Source: Macrostomum lignano
Lineage: Eukaryota
DNA length: 64,000 bases
Assembly (NCBI GenBank): GCA_002269645.1
Contig: NIVC01002404.1
Span: 113,495 to 177,494, forward strand
Reading direction: 5' to 3'
A program made the translations under genes and the position numbers. Positions within the stretch are counted from its first letter, which is position 1; each line of letters starts with the position of its first letter. Positions 13,712 through 25,510 of the stretch are shown here, one piece after another. The notes below the pieces were generated by a model. The model was given only the letters and a program-made list of their open reading frames with translations. It was not told the origin of the DNA and searched no databases.

Positions 13712-16700
13712 CTAACTAACTAACTAACTATCTAACTATCTAACTAACTAACTAACTGACTGACTAACTAACTAACTTACTAACTATCTAACTAACTAAC
13801 TAACTAACTAACTTACTAACTATCTAACTAACTAACTTACTAACTATCTAACTAACTAACTAACTAACCAACTAACTGACTGACTAACTAACTAACTTAC
13901 TAACTAACTAACCTGGCAGAACCCATGAATATCCTGCCACATTGCTGAGAAGCTCACCTGACGGCCGAAGTCGTATTTTGTCCAGCTGAAAGTCTCACCG
14001 GAATCAGTTTTCAAAACGTAATTCAGTTTATCTGCGGGAAGGCAATTTTTTGTTTCTTTGAGATGATACAAATAGCACTTCACATATTGATGCAGATTAC
14101 AGCTGTTTTGTCTTTTATTTACTGTCTCATCTCTGACCTCACTCTCACTGTCTCATCTCTGACCTCACTCTCACTGTCTCATCTCTGACCTCACTCTCAC
14201 TGTCTCATCTTTAACCTCACTCTCACTGTCTCATCTCTGACCTCACTCTCACTGTCTCATCTTTAACCTCACTCTCACTGTCTCATCTTTAACCTCACTC
14301 TCACTGTCTCATCTCTGACCTCACTCTCACTGTCTCATCTTTAACCTCACTCTCACTGTCTCATCTCTGACCTCACTCTCACTGTCTCATCTCTGACCTC
14401 ACTCTCACTGTCTCATCTCTGACCTCACTCTCACTGTCTCATCTCTGACCTCACTCTCACTGTCTCATCTCTGACCTCACTCTCACTGTCTCATCTCTGA
14501 CCTCACTCTCACTGTCTCATCTCTGACCTCACTCTCACTGTCTCATCTCTGACCTCACTCTCACTGTCTCATCTCTGACCTCACTCTCACTGTGTCATTT
14601 CTGATCTCTCTCTCTCTCACTGTCTCATCTCTGACCTCACTCTCACTGTGTCATTTCTGATCTCTCTCTCTCTCACTGTCTCATTTCTGATCTCTCTCTC
14701 TCTCACTGTCTCATCTCTGATCTCTCTCTCTATTTCTCTCTCTGTGTGTGTGAGTGACTGTGTGTGTGTCCCCCATCTCTGATCTCTCTCTCACTGTCTA
14801 ATCTCTGATCTCTCACTGTCTCATCTGTGATCTCTCACCGTCATATTTGATATCTCTTACTGGGATGTCTTTCATTATTCTCATGTCTGATTTATCTCTT
14901 CTGTCTCTCTGTTTCCCTCTCTAATTTGTCTTTCCTATATTTTCCCTTGTTTCCCTAAATCCCAGAAAACTATACAGTATTTGCACCCAACTGTAACCAC
15001 CATTGCATTGTCTCTGTGGCATAATTTTCTCTAAAAGTCTACAAAAAGATGCAACTAACCCATTTCCACACAGAGTAAGCAAACGAAAGATAAGATATGA
15101 ATTTGCATCACAAGAAATGAAAATTAATGAAAATGCATAGGCCTCAGAGAACAAATTCAATACCCAGATATTGCTTGACGTCAGAGCGAGCAGCCGAGTC
15201 AGTCAGCTTGAACAGTACCTCGTTTCTGCTGCCATCGATGCTGCAATTAATTAAAGATTTTTTGTCGTTGCACAGAAAAGTACATCTCACATCTAAGAGG
15301 AACAGAGGATAAAAATTCTTCTTACCTAAAATTTTCGTCTAGAAGGCGTTTACCGAATACTTTATTGAACTCGGCTATGAACTGCTGGATCTGAGCCGGC
15401 TGCACATGCCTGCGAGACGGGGCGAGGGAGATGTCTGTGAGATTTGATTCGCATCGGCTGGGGCATAGGTGAAATAGGGTGAGATTGAGAGAGATAGGGT
15501 GAGACTGAGTGAGACTAAGATGAGATTTAGTGAGATAGGGTGAGATTGGGTGAAATAGGGTGAGATTTGGTGAGATAGGGTGAGATTTAGTGAGACTAAG
15601 GTGGGATTTAGTGAGATATGGTGATATTGAGTGAAATAGGGTGAGATTTGGTGAGATAGGGTGGGATTGAGTGAAAAAGGGTGAGATTTGGTAAGATTAG
15701 GTGGGATTGAGTGCAATAGGGTGAGATTTAGTGAGATGAGGGTGCGATTTAGTGAGATGAGGGTGCGATTTAGTGAGATGAGGGTGCGATTTAGTGAGAC
15801 TAGGGTGAGATTGAGTGAGATAGGGTGAGATTTAGTGAAATAGTGACAGTGAGACTGGGGGAGACTGGTTGAGACAGTGAGATTTGACGAGATTTTATGA
15901 GACTGGGTTAGCATGGGTGAGACAGGGTGAGGCTGAGCACTATTGAATCCGCTCCCATCAAACTATTGAATGACTCACTCAGGCCGGCTAAACTGAATCC
16001 GCAGGAAGCGGCCATCAACAAGCCGGTCAGATTCGGCGAGCCTCTTACTTAGCCGGTCGCCAATCATCGCAGAGTACTTTGATCTTGCCGCCAGATAAGA
16101 AGCGGCCGCACTATGGTCAGCCACAGAGCCGGTTGGCTTGTCGTGAAGGACGGCTCGAATGGCATCAGCCAGGGTGGAGCTCGGGGGCTGGCCTGAAGCG
16201 GGAAAGACCACGCAGTTCTGGAGCAGGCCTTATTGTTTAGCTGCTATCCCTGAAGCTTAGCTGCTATCCTTGAAGCTTAGCTGCTATCCCTGAAGCTTAG
16301 CTGCTATCCCTGTCCCTGAAGCTTAACTGCTATCCTTGAAGCTCAGCTGCTATCCCTGAAGCTTAGCTGCAATTCCTGAAGCTTAACTGCTATCCCTGAA
16401 GCTTAGCTGCTATCCCTGAAGCTTAGGTGCTATCCTTGAAGCTTAGCTGCTATCCCTGAAACTTAGCTGCTATCCCTGAAGCTTAGCTGCTATCCTTGAA
16501 GCTTAGCTGCTATCCCTGAAGCTTAGCTGCTATCCCTGAAGCATCACTCCAATCCCTGAAGCAGCACTCCAATCCCTGATGCATCACTCCAATCCCTGAA
16601 GCATCACTCCAATCCCTGAGGCATCACTCCAATCCCTGAAGCATCATTCCAATCTCTGAGGCATCACTCCAATCCCTGATGCATCACTCCAATCCCTGAA

Positions 16701-17846
16701 GCATCACTCCAATCCCTGAGGCATCACTCCATCCCTGAAGCATCATTCCAATCCCTGAAGCATCACTCCAATCCCTGAAGCATCACTCCAATCCCTGAAG
16801 CATCACTCCAATCCCTGAAGCATCACTCCAATCCCTGAAGCATCACTCCAATCCCTGAAGCATCACTCCAATCCCTGAAGCATCACTCCAATCCCTGAAG
16901 CATCACTCCAATCCCTGAAGCATCACTCCAATCCCTGAAGCATCACTCCAATCCCCGTCAACATTTCCCGTCAACAAGGAAAAGCCAAATAAAATCAAGC
17001 AAGCGCCATTAAATGAACAGTTAAAAGCAATGGCTGCTTTTGTAAGGAATTAAAAAACAACCAGCCTTTAAGTTCGGCTTTTATAACGCTAAGCTAAGCG
17101 TAAGCCAAAGCTGCGGAAACATGAGTGAATGCAAAAAATTCTGCTAAAAAACTTTTGCAACTGGGCCAAGAGACTGACGGATTGACGGGAAATCTGAGGC
17201 ACGCGCGATACAGGTATTTCTAAGGAGTCAGGAAGTGCGACAGCGTGGTTAGAGGCTGGGGAGAGAGGTCGGATTCTGGGCAAGGGGCGAAGAGGAAACG
17301 AGAGGAGAGAGAGGAAAATATATAGTAGAGGAGAGAAATAGAGGCGAAAGAGGAGAGAGAAAGAGAGGGGAGAGGAGAGGAGAGGGGGGAGAGACCGAAA
17401 GAGGGGAGAAAGAAAATATTCTAGACAAGGAAGAAGGGCCCATGCAGGGCAGAAGATTGCCACAAGCCAATGACCAATAAAACATGAAGGACCAGAGCAA
17501 TCCAGAACCACCTAAAATAGACCGAGCAATCACGAGGTCAGCAGACCGTCAGCTCATTTCAATCTCTGATATTGCCTGCCGGCTCTTCAAACTCCTATCG
17601 GGGCTACAGCGCATTTCTTCTCGTAATGAAAGAATTCTTTTTTTAGAAAAAAATTATTGGATCTTGTCTACTTTCTCAAAGAGAGTGAGCGGTTGGCGTG
17701 CAAAAAGACCAAGCAGCGAACGCGGATGAAATTTCGATATTCAAAAAGAGGAGATGCATTGAAGCGGCACAGACAGACAGACAGAGAGACAGAGAGACAG
17801 ACAAACAGACACTAAGACAAACAGACAGACAGACAGACAGACACTA

Positions 17847-17911
<65 letters not shown>

Positions 17912-17912
17912 T

Positions 17913-17967
<55 letters not shown>

Positions 17968-18120
17968 CTAAGACAGACAGACACTAAGACAGACAGACAC
18001 TAAGACAGACAGACACTAAGACAGACACTAAGACAGACAGACAGACAGACGCCCAGACAAGACAGACAAACACTAAGACAGACAGACAGACAGACACCCA
18101 GACAAGACAGACAAACACTA

Positions 18121-18172
<52 letters not shown>

Positions 18173-21100
18173 TCAAAGCTGTCTTTCAAGAAGCAGATCG
18201 GCCTTCCTGAAGGCCAGCTGAGCTGTTTAAATTACGAGTGCAAGAAGCATCCTCACAGCTACAGGAAGCCAACAAGGGTTTGCACTCAAAAAGCGAGATT
18301 GCAAAAGAAAAATCCGGAAACATTCAACGCACAGACTTGGGCTGAGAGCAGCAGAGATGCTGGTAGCGCTGAAAAGCTTCCTGTTTGCGGAAAAGAATGG
18401 GGGAGAGACGGGAGAGTGGAGCTCGGGGCAAGCGGGGGCGAAGAGAGGGAGAGAGAGGGAGCAGTGCGGAGGCGGGAAAGATGCACTTTTATTTGGAAAT
18501 ATTAGAGAAAGGTAAACAGGCTGTTTATAGCTGTCGCTGGCACTTGGCAAGCAGTGAGTAGACTCGATTATTTGCTCACTTAGCCAGACAAGTGGGCTCT
18601 CTGATGCGTTAGTTAAGCAATATTCACAAATCCTAAACCTGAAATCCAGTTCTGACTAAAGCACTGTCTGAAATCAGGATCTTAATCCCAACCCCAGAAT
18701 CCCAACCCCATAATCCCAACCCCAGACTCCCAACCCCAGAATCCCAACCCCAGAATCCCAACCTCATACTCCCAACCCCAGACTCCCAACCCCAGACTCC
18801 CAACCCCAGAATCCCAACCCCTGACTCCCAACCCCAGAATCCCAACCTCATACTCCCAACCCCAGAATCCCAACCCCAGACTCCCAACCCCAGAATCCCA
18901 ACCCCAGAATCCCAACCCCAGACTCCCAACCCCAGATTTCCAACCCTAGAATCCCAACATCAGAATCCCAACCCCAGAATCCCAACCCCAGAATCCCAAC
19001 CCCAGACTCCCAACCCCAGAATCCCAACCCCAGAATCCCAACCCCAGAATCCCAACCCCAGAATCCCAACCCCAGAATCCCAACCTCATACTCCCAACCC
19101 CAGACTCCCAACCCCAGAATCTCAACCCCAGAATCCCAACCTCAGACTCCCAACCCCAGAATCCCAACCCCAGAATCCCAACCCCAGAATCCCAACCCCA
19201 GATTTCCAACCCCAGAATTCCAACCCCAGAATCCCAACCCCAGAATCCCAACCCCAGAATCCCAACCCCAGATTTCCAACCCTAGAATCCCAACCCCAGA
19301 ATCCCAACCCCAGAATCCCAACCCCAGAATCCCAACCCCAGAATCCCAACCTCATACTCCCAACCCCAGACTCCCAACCCCAGAATCTCAACCCCAGAAT
19401 CCCAACCTCAGACTCCCAACCCCAGAATCCCAACCCCAGATTTCCAACCCCAGAATCCCAACCCTAGAATCCCAACCCCAGAATCCCAACCCCAGAATCC
19501 CAACCCCAGAATCCCAACCCCAGAATCCCAACCCCAGAATCCCAACCCCAGATTTCCAACCCTAGAATCCCAACCCTAGAATCGCAACCTCAGAATCCCA
19601 ACCCCAGAATCCTAACCTCAGAATCTCAAACGTCTGGAACATATTTAAGCATAAAACCCACCCCAGCCCAGGTCAAATCAAAACCCGCCTCAATCGAACG
19701 ACGAAAAGAAATTTCGGAGGGTTCATCGACTAAGTTATGAAATGAAGAAACGATTGGCAAGAATTCATCCTCCTGCCCGAGGTTTAATCCCCTGGACAAC
19801 CCAATGTCAAAAATGAAAGACGTCACAGGCAGCCACCTGGGTGACTCAATGCGTCATACCTCATCTCAGAAAAAAACAATAGGCTACAAAAGCTCTGGCA
19901 ACGTAAGTGCATGTTGAATGCTTTTGTACCCTATCCTAGAGCTGCTTCTTCTAGTGGAAATCCCACTCAAAGGCCAGGTAGCTGACACACACCTGCCAGG
20001 TTGATTACCATGGCTTGTTGGCAAGGGAAATGACTTTATTAGATTATTCAGACCGAATGCAGTGAATGCTGAGAGACGAGAGTGTCACAGCAGGGCAGCA
20101 CCGTATTGACCAGAATGTGATGGGAGAGGTCGTTGACGGGCACGTGAAAATGGTTGTTAGAAAGTGTGTTGTCATAGTAACAAGCGCAAATGAACAGGGA
20201 TAAAAGAATCCTGGTGGCTAGGGCTCATGCAACCATGGCAAGAAGCGAAAATGAACAGGGAAAAAAATAATTCTTGCTGGGGCTTGCTAGGTTGCTACGG
20301 CCCCTGTATCCATGGAAACAAGCAAAAATAAACATGGGATAGAAAGAATCCTAGTTGCTAAGGCCCATGTATCCATGGAAATAAGCGCAAATGAACATAT
20401 GATAGCTAGAACCCCGGTTGCTAGGGCCTATGTTGTCATGGTACCAAACTGAAAAAAAATACGCACTTAAAATTGGCATCATGGACACTAGTAAGCTAGT
20501 TACTAAGGATCTTGGTGACGTACAAAAACACGTTACATTGCTATAAATAAAATTTTAGGGAACACAGTTTGTCCAGATAAATCCCAGAATAAATTGCTCG
20601 CGACCCCTCATCTATTCGATAATCTATTCGAAGACTGGAGGGGCCCCGGCGGATCTTCTCAAAAGCCCCGGCCGAGTTAAGCTCCCCCTAGCAAGCCCAG
20701 CAACAGCTCAGAATGACACAATCTGCCAGCTGCATTTCGTATATGCCTCTGTTTGTACTTTAGTAACCCTAACAGTAATACGACTGCTGAATAGCCTGGA
20801 TCCGAAGTCTGACGGGAGTCGATTCAAATCTCACTCTACTCGTTACAGACAATCCAAATCTCACGCTACTCGTTGCAGACAATCCAAATCTCACTCTAAT
20901 CGTTGCATACAATCCAAATCTCACGCTACTCGTTGCAGACAATCCAAATCTCACTCTACTCGTTGCAGACAATCCAAATCTCACTCTACTCGTTGCAGAC
21001 AATCCAAATCTCACTCTACTCGTTGCAGACAATCCAAATCTCACTCTACTTGTTGCAGACAATCCAAATCTCACTCTACTCGTTCAGACAATCCAAATTT

Positions 21101-23537
21101 CACTCCAGTAGCAATCCAAATCTCACTCCAGTAGCAATCCAAATCTCACTCCAGTAGCAATCCAAATCTCACTCCAGTAGCAATCCAAATCTCACCCCAG
21201 TAGCAATCCAAATCTCACTCCAGTAGCAATCCAAATCTCACTCCAGTAGCAATCCAAATCTCACCCCAGTAGCAATCCAAATCTCACTCCAGTAGCAATC
21301 CAAATCTCACCCCAGTAGCAATCCAAATCTCACTCTATTCGTTACAGACAATCCAAATCTCACTCTATTCGTTGCAGACAATCCAAATCTCACTCTACTC
21401 GTTACAGACAATCCAAATCTCACTCTACTCGTTGCAGACAATCCAAATCTCACTCTATTCGTTGCAGACAATCCAAATCTCACTCCAGTAGCAATCCAAA
21501 TCTCACTCCAGTAGCAATCCAAATCTCACTCCAGTAGCAATCCAAATCTCACTCCAGTAGCAATCCAAATCTCACTCCAGTAGCAATCCAAATCTCACTC
21601 CAGTAGCAATCCAAATCTCACTCCAGTAGCAATCCAGATCTTACCCCAAAAGCAATCCAAATCTCACTCCAGTAGCAATCCAGATCTTACCCCAAAAGCA
21701 ATCCAAATCTCACTCCAGTAGCAATCCAGATCTTACCCCAAAAGCAATCCAAATCTCACTCCAATAGCAATCCAGATCTTACCCCAAAAGCAATCCAAAT
21801 CTCACGCTAAGGATAATCCTACTCCCCGATCTCCCTCAGTTCAATGGCCAACTCACTTGTCAGACTCTCTCCATCATTGCCATCATCCATAGCTGACTCA
21901 TCAAAGGTAGACTCTCCAATATCTCTCTCGGTCGCTGTCAGTTCGCTGGAACGCTTTCTACCGTGGCCACCCAGGCCATCGTCGATTGGCGGTCGGTGAA
22001 TCTGCCGCTGCAGTCGAATGCCGCCTTTGACGGCGAACTCGTCGCAAATGCTCAGGTCAGTTGGAATCTCGATGCTGGGAGAACGGGGACAATGAGAAAG
22101 AAATAAAAAAGAGCTGCTCAGACGTGGACCATGAGGGCCAACCCCCCCCCCCAAGGCACAGAGCCAGAGAGTGTACATGCCTCAAGATGAGAAGTCAGGG
22201 CTGCGCTGTAAGCGCTCCTCTCACATTGAAAGTGTGGAAACACTCATTTGAACTTTAGTCCCCAGCACCCCAACAACACAATGGTGTTTTAAGTCTCCAA
22301 GTTCAAGTTATCGAGTGGCCAAGATATTACTAGATACGGGAACTAGATACGGGAAATAACTTATCCAACCCCTGATCCGCATCCGTAACTTCCAGTAGCT
22401 AACAGCGGAACTTCACTTCATCATTTTCACTTGGATATTTTATGGCGGTCCCAAACCTCTCACCTGCAATTCGACTAATTTAAGCTATACAGGATTCTGC
22501 GCAAGCATTGCTCAATGGAATTAAGCTGTAAGCAGTTTCAATCTTTACCTGCTGCTAACCAGAGCAGCCCGAATGCTGCACTGAGTAAACAGGTCGTGCC
22601 AGGTATAATTCTGCTCAACCAGACTGCGCATAATTAGCTTCAATTCGTGGAGCAGCTGCCTTGGTATGCGATATTTGAAGTACATATTGTCAGCATAGTT
22701 GGCAACGCAGGTGCCAAACAGGTCATCTGATAAAAAATGTAATTTAATTCATTTTTATCACATTACTGATGAAGTTGCATTTATGTATTGATTTTTAAAG
22801 AAGTCAACTTACCATCTAAGCAGTTTTCAAATGGTGCACAGACACCCTTGTCAAATAAACACCCTAAAGTAAAGGTATGAGTATGGAAGGGCATGACACA
22901 TTTGTTAAATAACTATTGAGATTTTTATTGATACCACTTTTAGTGCAACATATTCATATCAGTATCACATAAAAATTGATAGTTTAACAGAATACATAAT
23001 TTACATAAACTATAGTCCTAAAAAACTATTTTTATAAGAGCATAATTGTTTGTTAATGTTAGATTTATGATAGTGATAGTGAAACTTTCAATTTTTAATA
23101 AAATATTAATAACATTTTAGGTATTGCTAACTTCATACATAAGACAGTTTTGAAGTTATTGTAAAATAAAATGATAGAAATAATAATAGTACAATAGGCC
23201 TATATAAAACACAATACTGTAAGACAGCCTTATCTCCTGTAGAGACTAGAATTGTTTTTATTTAAAAACAAAAAATATACATTCATACACATGTCAAAGG
23301 TCAATGAATTAAATGGCATTTTGGTTACTATATATTACACTGTAACTGCTTACCAATGCTTTGACTCTCAATGAGGCCAAGCTGTGAGGTGAATGCTTTA
23401 TTCAAAACTTCTCTACTCGTCTCATCCAGTCTATCAAATTCTTGTTCATCGCTGTAAACAAAATTGACTGAGATAGATAGGAAAACAAGTAGAAAAAGGG
23501 AACGAATGCACATAAAGTCAAACATCGTCATCGACAT
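7468..23537 (-). CDS. PTPRN: Receptor-type tyrosine phosphatase N (IA-2/phogrin-like). 16 exons: 23354-23537, 22813-22863, 22549-22726, 21823-22074, 19662-19836, 15979-16217, 15326-15409, 15164-15240, 13913-14031, 12704-13041, 12098-12152, 11856-12003, 10927-11204, 10213-10379, 9247-9439, 7468-7539; ~869 aa
   Basis: Signal peptide; RESP18-like N-terminus [23 protein letters not shown]...YTWHDLFTQ; [23 protein letters not shown]; [18 protein letters not shown]; [17 protein letters not shown]; DYINAS; YILTQGP; DFWQMVWE; [12 protein letters not shown]; C-terminus [23 protein letters not shown]. All junctions are GT-AG and phase-consistent (2610 nt). The 19662-19836 exon and the 21823 donor are the least certain parts. 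Confidence 0.93.
7563..9237. repeat. 19-bp minisatellite filling the last PTPRN intron
   Basis: Unit CAGTCAGGTGTCAGAGCTA, with 17-bp and 23-bp variants. Confidence 0.98.
9655..10190. repeat. 22-bp intronic minisatellite
   Basis: Unit GGATAATCATATCATCACACTT. Confidence 0.95.
10462..10890. repeat. 21-bp intronic minisatellite
   Basis: Unit AATGGTGAATCACTATCAGTG. Confidence 0.95.
11332..11753. repeat. 26-bp intronic minisatellite
   Basis: Unit GCCAGCCCTGAACACCCCAGACTGAA and variants. Confidence 0.95.
13125..13912. repeat. (CTGA)n then (CTAA)n microsatellite filling an intron up to the donor
   Basis: About 520 bp of perfect (CTGA)n followed by degenerate (CTAA)n. Confidence 0.98.
14122..14860. 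repeat. 26-bp intronic minisatellite decaying into (CT)n
   Basis: Unit CTCACTGTCTCATCTCTGACCTCACT. Confidence 0.95.
15470..15930. repeat. Degenerate ~20-bp intronic minisatellite
   Basis: Unit ~GAGATTTAGTGAGATAGGGT. Confidence 0.88.
16238..16955. repeat. Two adjacent related 20-bp arrays
   Basis: TTAGCTGCTATCCCTGAAGC (16238-16540) switches to ATCACTCCAATCCCTGAAGC (16540-16955). Confidence 0.95.
17770..18172. repeat. (AGAC)n microsatellite with ACTAAG interruptions
   Basis: Direct reading of the sequence. Confidence 0.97.
18688..19626. repeat. 14-bp G/C-skewed minisatellite
   Basis: Unit CCCAACCCCAGAAT, about 65 copies. Confidence 0.97.
20825..21806. repeat. Composite 30-bp/23-bp minisatellite in A-B-A-B blocks
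   Basis: AATCCAAATCTCACTCTACTCGTTGCAGAC (30 bp) and AATCCAAATCTCACTCCAGTAGC (23 bp). Confidence 0.95.
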
Positions 23538-24329
23538 CTATATAGGCCTATCACCGATCACTCATTGACTCGTGAACAGAGCCACTTGTCTAAAGTAAAT
23601 ATGATGAAAAAGTACCAGTTCAGACGTTCTATCTAATACAAAAAAACAAATTTAGAACTATAAGGCCTCGTATAGCAAAGCAGTTACATATATGAAGTAC
23701 TTAAAAAGTTCAGAATTATCAAATTCGAATCGAATGAAGCGAGTTCACGTTGCAAAAATTAGCGCGATTTCTATTCTTATCAGTAGTTTGTATTAGAAAC
23801 AAAAGAAATTCCGTACAAAACCTTTATCCACATCGTTAGCACAAAAAATTATAATACAATCATCTGCATTTGTTTATGATAATAAATATGCTAACTAGAT
23901 TCCTAATGGCATATAATTTGTTTAACTGAACCGAATTTCCGCTGCTTGTACCAGAATAAAAGAGTGAATGCGCTACGAAGTCAATAAAACTGAACACTTC
24001 CTAAAATTACTCCATAGTTTTAGGTGCTATGCGCTTTCCATGCATCGAAGTGTGCTAACTGAAAACTATATATATTTTTATAACTATATATAAGGAACAG
24101 AGAATGTTTTACTATGAAACCTTATCTTGACATTTTTACTCTCTTACAGTGGTTTCTGTCATACAATATCGTAAAATGATATTTTAGTTTTCAATTTAAC
24201 TGTATAAAAATTCTTACTTTGTAAATAGTGTTGATTGCAATTAAGGACTTATTTGTCATACTTGTCGGTCGATGTGTCGAACTTATGTACGTGTACCAGT
24301 TCGATTTCTAGTGCCCCCCCCCCTACAAC

Positions 24330-25510
24330 AACAACAACAAATTACGCAGCCCCGCATGTAAGATCACAGTTATAGCAGCGTGCGTCAGATGGCGCGCTGC
24401 AGAGCCTGATAGCGGACGAAGTCCGCCCCGTTGACAGTGTCGGGCGCCCCGGCGTCGCGTTGAAGGCAGTCCACGCATCGACCAAGGACTACTTAAGTAC
24501 ATACGTTACTTTAGTCGTCCTTGGTATCGACGGGTTTGGGCCCTGCAAGGTGAGCAGCAGGACGTCCTAAACAGGTTGGGGGCAGTAGCCCCCGGCCTGG
24601 ATCACGTGGCCCGCCAGTTGAAGTCGCCGATGGCGCAGGATGATGGACGGGCGCTGCAGCTTGGCCCGATCGTACAGGGCCTCGGTACCGACGCTCTCAT
24701 CAGCTTGAAAGGCCGCAAGACGCAGCCCTGAGTGCGCCGAGTCCAACTGCCGCTCTAGCGTAGCCGTCAGCGTCTATGTCTCGGCGGCGTTGTATCGGCG
24801 TGGACGGATTCGACCACCGCCTGCCAAAGCCGAGCCCTCTGGCGGTCGGGCAGCGCTTCGGACTGGACGACGGCCCAGATAGAACGGAAGACCGCCCAGG
24901 AAAGTCCGCTGGGATGTCCGCCGGCACAGTCAACACCTCTGTCTTCAGCGTGTTGACAACGAGACCGCGACGCTCGATGCCACCTCGACCAGCCTGTCGA
25001 TGGTGCTGGGCGCCTTCAACGGACGAGGACAGGAGGGCGAGGTCTTCGGCGTAGCCCAGCACTCTCAGGCGCTTTTCGCAGTGGCGGCGACCGATACGTC
25101 TGCGCCGAAGCCTTCGTCAGCCGAGGGGAGTGCGGTCCGAAGCACCCAGTCCAGCAGCAGCACGAAGAGGGACGGCACCAGCGTGTCGCCCTGCAGAACT
25201 CCTGATGAAGTGTCGAACAGGTCAGACAGGCAGTCCGCCGTCACCACAGCAGCTCGAGTGTCGCGATACAGCGCCATGACAGCGCGGCTCTCAACACCGA
25301 GTCAAACGCCTTTCGAAAGTCAACGAAGACAATGACTGGCGGATGCGCGCCTCCTCGATGACACGGCGGAGTGCGAGGATCTGTGTCATTATATACCGCG
25401 TTGCGGCCAGAATCCGTTCTGCTCGTACCGCAGGTACGGGTCCAGCATTGACTGCAGACGATAGAGCAGCAGCCGGTTTGAAGAACTTCGCGGTGCAGGA
25501 CATCAATGAG
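24330..25510 (-). mobile_element. 5'-truncated RTE-clade LINE fragment (reverse transcriptase), decayed
   Basis: VIVFVDFRKAFDSV, SSGVLQGDTLVPSLFVLLLDWVLR and LGYAEDLALL; frameshifts; (TTG)n tail at about 24330-24342. Confidence 0.9.
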
